This document shows positions 58,063 through 64,000 of a DNA stretch of 64,000 bases, piece after piece (positions within the stretch are counted from its first letter, which is position 1; each line of letters begins with the position of its first letter). Source of the stretch: an uncultured Planctomycetota bacterium (lineage in GTDB: Bacteria > Planctomycetota > Planctomycetia > Isosphaerales > Isosphaeraceae); assembly GCA_963845755.1 (NCBI GenBank), contig CAWJTV010000005.1, positions 672,001 to 736,000 on the forward strand, written 5' to 3'. The notes below the pieces were generated by a model. That model did no database searches, was not told where the DNA came from, and worked only from the letters and a program-made list of their open reading frames with translations. The position numbers and the translations under genes are program-made.

Positions 58063-58830
58063 TTGTATAGGATCGCCCCGTTTTTGATCTTACTGATCCA
58101 CGTCCTGTCGGCACAGGCTTTCGCAGTGGAAGCCGGAGCGCGCCAACGCTCGTTCCTCCGCGCACTCGAGATCTTCGATGCGGCGAAGACTCCGGCGGAC
58201 TACCGCGAGTCGGCGGCCGTTTTGGAGTCCCTGCTCGTCGATGGCTTCCGCAACGGAGCCGTCTACTACAACCTGGGGAATGCCTACTATCGTGCGGGAG
58301 ATTACGGCCGGTCGATCGCCGCGTACCGCAAGGCCAAGCCGTATCGCCCGCGCGATCCCTATCTCGAGGCGAATCTCCATCAGGCGCTCTCGGTCGCACC
58401 CGGCCGATTGCCCGAATCGCCGCCGCCTTGGTGGAAGCACGTGCTGTTCTGGAGCGGCTGGTTGTCGCTCCCCGAGAAAGTCTATATGGCTTTCGGAGGC
58501 TTCGTGCTGGCAGCCCTCACCACCTGCGCGACCCTGTTTCTTCGACGGCCGCGCGCGTACTGGATGAGCGCAAGTCTCCTGATCATCGCCGCCGTGTTGA
58601 GCCTCGATGCCGGTCTGGCCTATACCGACGTTGTCTGGTCGCGGAATGGCGTCGTCACCCACGAAACGATCGCCCGCAAGGGGATCGGCAAGGACTACGA
58701 ACCGGCCTTCAGCCAGCCGCTCAAAGACGGCGCCGAATTCACGGTCCTCTCCGTAAACGGGGACTGGGTTTTCGGCCATTTCGAAGGCATCGGTGACGGC
58801 TGGCTGCGCCGCGAGCACATCGTACTCTGA
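58063..58830 (+). CDS. batE: BatE-like TPR plus SH3 membrane protein
   Basis: AVYYNLGNAYYRAGDYGRSIAAYRKA, two TM helices, C-terminal LKDGAEF..GDW..GWL. Confidence 0.82.
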   Translation: MYRIAPFLILLIHVLSAQAFAVEAGARQRSFLRALEIFDAAKTPADYRESAAVLESLLVDGFRNGAVYYNLGNAYYRAGDYGRSIAAYRKAKPYRPRDPYLEANLHQALSVAPGRLPESPPPWWKHVLFWSGWLSLPEKVYMAFGGFVLAALTTCATLFLRRPRAYWMSASLLIIAAVLSLDAGLAYTDVVWSRNGVVTHETIARKGIGKDYEPAFSQPLKDGAEFTVLSVNGDWVFGHFEGIGDGWLRREHIVL

Positions 58831-59159
58831 CGCTCCCTCATCCTGGCCAGCACGTCACGTAGGATCGACGGCTCGCAGGCCCGGCGCAAGGTCGCGGGAA
58901 TCCGCCGTAGTTCCCAACGAATCGACATTCGAGTCGTCCGATCGGGCAGTGGACCGCGGAGCGCATGGTTTTCGCATCAAGCGGCAGGTAACCTTGCGGA
59001 TCTTCCACTTCATGTAAGTGCAGAATTCCAAGAAGTAGAACATGAACATTCGATACAGGCCCTTGATAGAAGCCGTCGCGGGCACGACCTTCTCGGTACT
59101 CACTCATGTGCAATCCGGAACGGCCAGGCTGTAGCGGCCCCGATGATCCCGAAACGAAA

Positions 59160-60278
59160 TCATCCGGTACGCCGGCTCGACCGAGTCCGGTCCTCGCGGG
59201 CGAGCCGATTCTGCAGCAAGGCGAGGACGGCGGCTTCCTCGGGCTTGAGATCGCCAAGGGATTCTTCCATCTCCAGATCCGCCCGCTGGCGCAGCGCTTC
59301 GACCATCGAACCGTCGTGATAGGCATCCAGCAGCGCGGGGTGGATATAGCACTTGCGGCAAACCGTTGGGGTGTTACCCAGGCGCTCCGCGACCCGTTCG
59401 ATGGCCCGCACTACGTTCTTCTTGGCCTGGGCTTTCGAGTCAAACGACTCGAACTCCTGCAGCGCCATGGCTGCCAGGACCGTCCCAGCCCACGTGCGAA
59501 AATCCTTGGCGGTAAACTCACTGCCCGTGATCTCGCGGATGTAATCGTTCACGTCGGCCGAGTCAACGTCATGAATCTCGTCGTCGGCGTCTACGTACTG
59601 GAACAGCTCCTGGCCTGGCAGCTCCTGGCAGCGACGGACGATACGGGCCAGCCGTCGATCATGTAGGTCGATCGTGTGGTGAATGCCGCTCTTACCCCGG
59701 AACTGAAACTCAATCGAGGCCTCCTTGAGGACGACATGCTTGTCGCGCATGGTGGTCAGTCCGAAGGAATCATTCTCCCTGGCGTACTCATCGTTGCCGA
59801 CGCGGATGAGCGATCGTTCCAGGAGTTGGACTACCGCGGCGAGTACCTTGCGCCGGGGTAGGCCCGGCAATCTCAGGTCATGCCCGATGTGAGCACGGAC
59901 CTTGGGCAAACTCCTGCCGAACGCCATCATCCGATCGTATTTGGCGGAATCGCGAACCTCCCGCCATCGGGCGTGGTATCGGTATTGTTTGCGCCCTTTC
60001 TCATCACGACCCGTGGCCTGAAGATGCCCCCGTGGCGACGGACAGATCCAGACCTCCTCCCACGCTGGCGGGATAGCGATTCTTTTGATCCTGCCAAGCG
60101 TCTCTTGATCACGGATCGGCTGGCCATCGGGACCGAGATATTGGAACCCCTTACCGGCGCGTCGGCGCTCTATACCGGGACGTTGGTCGGTCGTATAGCG
60201 CAACCCCGCTGCCTTCGCCGCGAGGGCCGGATCGGTCGGGCTGGCAGGGTGTGATCGACGAACGATCATTTTGCTCAT
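59160..60278 (-). CDS. bacterial DNA topoisomerase IB (poxvirus-like)
   Basis: IPPAWEEVWIC, GHLQATGRDEKGRKQYRYH, IRVGN, FRGKSG, AKDFRTW, LGNTPTVCRKCYIHP (catalytic R, K, R, N and Y residues). Confidence 0.95.
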   Translation of the reverse strand: MSKMIVRRSHPASPTDPALAAKAAGLRYTTDQRPGIERRRAGKGFQYLGPDGQPIRDQETLGRIKRIAIPPAWEEVWICPSPRGHLQATGRDEKGRKQYRYHARWREVRDSAKYDRMMAFGRSLPKVRAHIGHDLRLPGLPRRKVLAAVVQLLERSLIRVGNDEYARENDSFGLTTMRDKHVVLKEASIEFQFRGKSGIHHTIDLHDRRLARIVRRCQELPGQELFQYVDADDEIHDVDSADVNDYIREITGSEFTAKDFRTWAGTVLAAMALQEFESFDSKAQAKKNVVRAIERVAERLGNTPTVCRKCYIHPALLDAYHDGSMVEALRQRADLEMEESLGDLKPEEAAVLALLQNRLAREDRTRSSRRTG

Positions 60279-60292
60279 GCATCCTCTGATGA

Positions 60293-60308
60293 TGCAATCG
60301 CGATGCCA
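60293..60308 (-). promoter_or_regulatory. sigma54-type -24/-12 promoter upstream of topoisomerase IB
   Basis: Minus strand TGGCATCGCGATTGCA (GG-N10-GC) 14 nt before ATG 60278. Confidence 0.6.
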
Positions 60309-60785
60309 GTAATCGTAGGCCGGTCGTATCGCAGGTTGATCGGCTTGATATCATGGGCTCTCGATCAGAGATCATCGAGATGATGTCGCCTTGTCGCTTT
60401 CTCGTCCCATTCGCGTCCCCCGACAAGCCGACGACCGAGACGCGTGCCGTGCTGCCGAATCGCCAAGAAAACTTGTCGTTCCACCAATGATCCCTCAGAG
60501 AGGATCGATCTTACCTCGACTTGACGTGGCCGGCGACGCCCGTGGCACCGTGACCTATCCGGCCATGCGACGGTCGGTCCGCCTTCGCTATAGCCGTCGG
60601 AACGTCACCTTCGAGAGACGCGCGTACAGGTCGCCACTTTCGAACCGATCCAGACGGTTGCCCCGAACTGAGGCTGTGAATGTGTACGGCAAGACAGGAG
60701 GAGTGCCGATTTGTGAGGAGGTTTTTGGTCGAACTTCCGGCCGTAGGAAGGCACATTAAGTCGCGTTCGGAGAAGGATTTGGGGA

Positions 60786-60830
60786 AAATCGGGGCGACAG
60801 GATTTGAACCTGCGACCTCACGGACCCGAA
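60786..60830 (-). repeat. att-like duplicate of the tRNA-Pro 3' half (45 bp)
   Basis: aaatcggggcgacaggatttgaacctgcgacctcacggacccgaa is identical to 63095..63139. Confidence 0.92.
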
Positions 60831-61169
60831 TGGAGGCGCTCGTCGTTGCCTGAAGTCATTGCCTGGAATGGGTTTAAACTCCGCCCTACGGCCGCAAGTG
60901 GTTTCCAGGAGTTCTAACGGTTTCCGAGGGTTTTCTATGGTTTACTGCCGTTTCGCTGCCGCGGCAGTGAAACTCTTCTCCCGGGCCGATGACCGGGTCG
61001 CCAAAGCAGTCCGACGAATTCAATATCAGTCCGAATTTCCCGAATTGGTGGTGTCAGCGGATTAGGCCTAGCCGTCCGGAAAGGCGGTGAGATTATGAAG
61101 TCGCGTAGTGGGTTTCTGTAGAGACCACTCCTTGGAGCACCGACTCCTCTTGCCTGATGAGGAACTTTC

Positions 61170-62711
61170 GTGGATACCCCGATCAAGTCGGAACAGCCAA
61201 GGGTTCTGATCGTTGGCGCAGGTCCCACTGGCCTCACCCTAGCTTGCGACTTGGCGAGGCAGCGCATCCCACTCCGGATTGTGGATTCAGCCCCCGAACC
61301 GTTCATGGGGTCGCGGGCGAAAGGCCTGCAACCGCGTACGCTGGAAGTGTTCGAGGATTTAGGCATACTCGAAAATGTCCTGGCTTGTGGCGGTGACTAT
61401 CCCCGGTTTTGCACCCACGTTGGGCCTTTCTCGGTGCGAGGAGGTGGATTGAACCGAATCGTCGCACCGAGTCCAGCGGTCCCATACCCAAATCTCTGGA
61501 TGCTGCCACAATGGCGCACGTGCGAGCTGCTTCGTGAACGTTTGGCACAATTGGGATTTCGCGTCGAGCATGGTGTGGCTCTCCACTGTTTCGAGCAGGA
61601 TGATCGCTGCGTCACCGCGACCGTGCTCGGTCCGACCGGCGAAGAGCAAATCCGAAGCGAGTTTCTCGTGGGGTGTGACGGGGGGCACAGCCTCGTTCGC
61701 AAGACGCTCGAGATTCCACTCGTCGGGGACGACCTGGAAGGACCTCCGGCTGTCATGGCCGACGTAGAGAATGAGGAGTTGGATCGGACGCACTGGCACA
61801 CTTGGCCGTTCGCCAAGAATTGCCTCCTGACGCTCTGTCCTCTTCCAAGCACTTCCTCCTTCCAACTCGCGGCGCCTCTGCGCTCGGGTGTCGAACCGCC
61901 GGAGCTGACCGAAGCCGGCATTCGTCGTTTCATCGATGGCGCTCTCGTCACGGGTAAGCTCCGCGTCGGACGGGTTCAATGGGTGGGACTGTATCGATCC
62001 GTGCACGCACGTATGGTGGAACGCTACCGTGTGGGGCGAGCTTTCCTGGCCGGTGACGCAGCACATGTGCACCCACCCTCCGGTGGCCAAGGGCTCAACA
62101 CTGGAGCTCAGGATGCTTACAACCTGGGCTGGAAACTCGCCAGCGTCCTGGGCGGTGCCTCGGATTCTCTGCTGGATACCTATGAAGCGGAACGGCGTCC
62201 CATCGCGGCGTCGGTGCTCGGCCTGAGTAAGAAACTCTTTCTCAAACGGAGTCTTCGCAGGGGTAAGGAGACCCACCAACTCGATCTCCACTACCGCGGC
62301 GGTGCACTGGCGACCGATACTCGCGCACGACCCGGCCGAGTGTGTGCTGGTGATCGTGCTCCGGATGCTCGAGGACAGGATTTCGCTGCTCAGCCACGCC
62401 GCCTGTTCGAGATGTTTAGAGGAGTGCACTGGACGCTCCTATGCTTCGGCGGAGCTCAAGATGCCGCGCTCGCTAAATTCCGTGACCGGTGGACACCGCT
62501 CATCCTCATGGTTGGAGTGCTGGGGCAACCGGAAAACGCCGGAGCGGACGATTTCGTGGACGTGCATGGATACGCCCGCGGGAATTACGACGTGCATTCG
62601 AATGCATTGGTGTTGGTGCGTCCGGACGGATACGTGGCGTACTTCTCTGAACGGGAATCGTGGCCCGAACTTGAAGCTTATCTGATGCGCGTACTCTGCG
62701 CTAGAAACTAA
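61170..62711 (+). CDS. FAD-dependent monooxygenase (PheA/TfdB-like aromatic-ring hydroxylase family)
   Basis: VLIVGAGPTGL, VGCDGGHS, FLAGDAAHVHPPSGGQGLNTGAQDAYNLGWKLA, GDRAPD, LVRPDGYV. Confidence 0.93.
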   Translation: MDTPIKSEQPRVLIVGAGPTGLTLACDLARQRIPLRIVDSAPEPFMGSRAKGLQPRTLEVFEDLGILENVLACGGDYPRFCTHVGPFSVRGGGLNRIVAPSPAVPYPNLWMLPQWRTCELLRERLAQLGFRVEHGVALHCFEQDDRCVTATVLGPTGEEQIRSEFLVGCDGGHSLVRKTLEIPLVGDDLEGPPAVMADVENEELDRTHWHTWPFAKNCLLTLCPLPSTSSFQLAAPLRSGVEPPELTEAGIRRFIDGALVTGKLRVGRVQWVGLYRSVHARMVERYRVGRAFLAGDAAHVHPPSGGQGLNTGAQDAYNLGWKLASVLGGASDSLLDTYEAERRPIAASVLGLSKKLFLKRSLRRGKETHQLDLHYRGGALATDTRARPGRVCAGDRAPDARGQDFAAQPRRLFEMFRGVHWTLLCFGGAQDAALAKFRDRWTPLILMVGVLGQPENAGADDFVDVHGYARGNYDVHSNALVLVRPDGYVAYFSERESWPELEAYLMRVLCARN

Positions 62712-63097
62712 TCCTCTTCCCTCCCTGCTCGAACGATGGGCGTCTGGAACCCCCTGACCGAACCGCGGGGTTCGATCGGTCCAATGCGCCGCCGTGCTGA
62801 TTTATGGCTGTTGATCGCTATCGCTTGTTCAAGGTGTTCATGGCTGTTCTTGGTCGAATTCTGCTTTGCTCATGTCTGCCTCGATCTTCGTGGGCACATC
62901 GACGTTGTGCCGTCCTGTCAACCAGGGCGACAGGAGTTGAAGCTGCGACCTCACGGCCCTCGACCGTGCGCTCCTACTCTCGGAAATGCCTGGAGCTTAA
63001 CGAGTTACGCCGATAACATAGGATGTGGCAGGGTCGCCTCGCGAACCCGGACCGTGCGCTCGTGTCGTCGCAACTGCTTGTCAGACAGCGAGTTAAA

Positions 63098-63173
63098 TCG
63101 GGGCGACAGGATTTGAACCTGCGACCTCACGGACCCGAACCGTGCCGTCTCAGCCAGGCTGAGCTACGCCCCG
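63098..63173 (-). tRNA. tRNA-Pro (anticodon CGG), CCA not encoded
   Basis: Acceptor stem CGGGGCG/CGCCCCG-A; anticodon arm CACGG-TTCGGGT-CCGTG; T arm GCAGG-TTCAAAT-CCTGT; D arm irregular. Confidence 0.88.
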
Positions 63174-63225
63174 CGTTGGGATGGACCATTCGATCTTAGC
63201 GAACTGGCGGGTTCTGTCAATTGCA

Positions 63226-64000
63226 TCAGTTCGCGGATCGAGGATTGTGGGCTGAGTGGGATCCGGGTTTGGAATCGGGAAGGCTGGTTTTGGAATCCCG
63301 TCTCGATGACGGCGCGTTTCGTTCCAGTGGCGTCTGCACGCCGTCCATGAAGTGGTTCCAGCCGCGGGCGAGGCCATCGAGATCACGTCCAAAGGCTCGC
63401 TGGAAGGTGTTGAAGAAGCGATCTCCACGGGCGCGCTGAGGCACGGCACCTCCGTCGGCCTGAGCATCAGGATTGCGAAGCAGGTCGATGAACGTCAGGA
63501 ACTGCCCAGGGTGTTCGGTGCGCAGGTAATAGACCAAAGCCCAGGCTTGAGCATAGAGTTCTTGCTGGTAGCCACGGCCGAAGCCGGCGTCGCGGACTAG
63601 TTGCTCCAGTCTCGCTGGGGATCGGATGTTACGCCAGTCGGTAAGTCGCAGGTCGTGGGCGCGGCCGATGCCTGCCCATCGGCCGCCCCGGATCACCTCG
63701 AACTGTGCGGCGAAACCCTCATGTAGCCAGTAGGGGAATGCGTCGTGATGCGGCAATAACCCACTGTCGGCCGCCAGTTGGTGGATCATCTCGTGGGCCG
63801 CCGTTCCGAGGTCGATCGATCGCCAGTCCAGATCCAGAAGTGCCGTTCGGAAGACAGCCTCGCGCTCCAGTCGGTCGATGATCGCTCGACCCTCGGCGCG
63901 CCCGACGTTCTTCGCCGGCTCGTCAGCCAGCTTGACACGGATCCGTCCTCGTCCCGGCATTTGTTCGATTGCCTCGGTCAGTTGTCGCAGCTCAACTCGA
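63226..64000 (-). CDS. DUF1570-domain protein (HExxH metallopeptidase-like), 5' end outside the window
   Basis: AHEMIHQLAADSG, PYWLHEGFA, YAQAWALVYYL, FQRAFG. Confidence 0.8.
   Translation of the reverse strand, partial: RVELRQLTEAIEQMPGRGRIRVKLADEPAKNVGRAEGRAIIDRLEREAVFRTALLDLDWRSIDLGTAAHEMIHQLAADSGLLPHHDAFPYWLHEGFAAQFEVIRGGRWAGIGRAHDLRLTDWRNIRSPARLEQLVRDAGFGRGYQQELYAQAWALVYYLRTEHPGQFLTFIDLLRNPDAQADGGAVPQRARGDRFFNTFQRAFGRDLDGLARGWNHFMDGVQTPLERNAPSSRRDSKTSLPDSKPGSHSAHNPRSAN

Larger units (their letters stand above)
60786..63139. mobile_element. 2.3-kb genomic islet integrated in tRNA-Pro, no integrase
   Basis: Flanked by 45-bp direct repeats; carries one FAD monooxygenase whose codons look less GC3-biased than those of the core genes. 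Confidence 0.8.

Noticed and set aside
58855..59107. Small minus-strand ORF downstream of topIB
   Set aside because: No recognisable motif, ambiguous start and frame; the nearby TGGC...TTGC has 12-nt rather than 10-nt spacing.
63003..63032. TACGCCGATAA resembling the XerC arm of a dif site
   Set aside because: No TTATGT XerD arm at the 6-bp spacing.
63140..63165. Aberrant tRNA-Pro D arm as a novel tRNA structure
   Set aside because: It differs from the usual sequence by a few bases in an error-rich assembly and cannot be separated from miscalls.

Overview
GC-rich bacterial chromosomal DNA whose gene content points to a planctomycete, probably Isosphaeraceae-like (inference from LExR-type N-terminal signals, several Ser/Thr kinases, DUF1570 and the Bat/MoxR operon). 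Housekeeping genes: ppiD/surA-like chaperone, topA, acpS, pcrA/uvrD, pdxJ, dapA, mrp/apbC, aspS and tRNA-Pro(CGG). Accessory modules: (i) a coupled operon of a Zn-finger/Ser-Thr kinase/TPR protein, a ~2400-aa FG-GAP propeller surface protein and a TIGR03032 protein; (ii) a secreted GP42-like transglutaminase homolog with a rearranged active site; (iii) a NIPSNAP-NIPSNAP-(degenerate MBL)-ThuA fusion; (iv) a kinase fused to a urea/amide-binding domain next to a bestrophin channel; (v) a moxR-DUF58-batA-E operon; (vi) a type IB topoisomerase with a sigma54-type promoter; (vii) a 2.3-kb integrase-less islet with an FAD monooxygenase, bounded by a 45-bp duplication of the tRNA-Pro 3' half. About 20 frameshifts, including one in the essential aspS, most likely reflect uncorrected sequencing indels rather than pseudogenes, so split genes are reported as single CDS with approximate junctions. 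No CRISPR array, rRNA, integrase or transposase was recognised.
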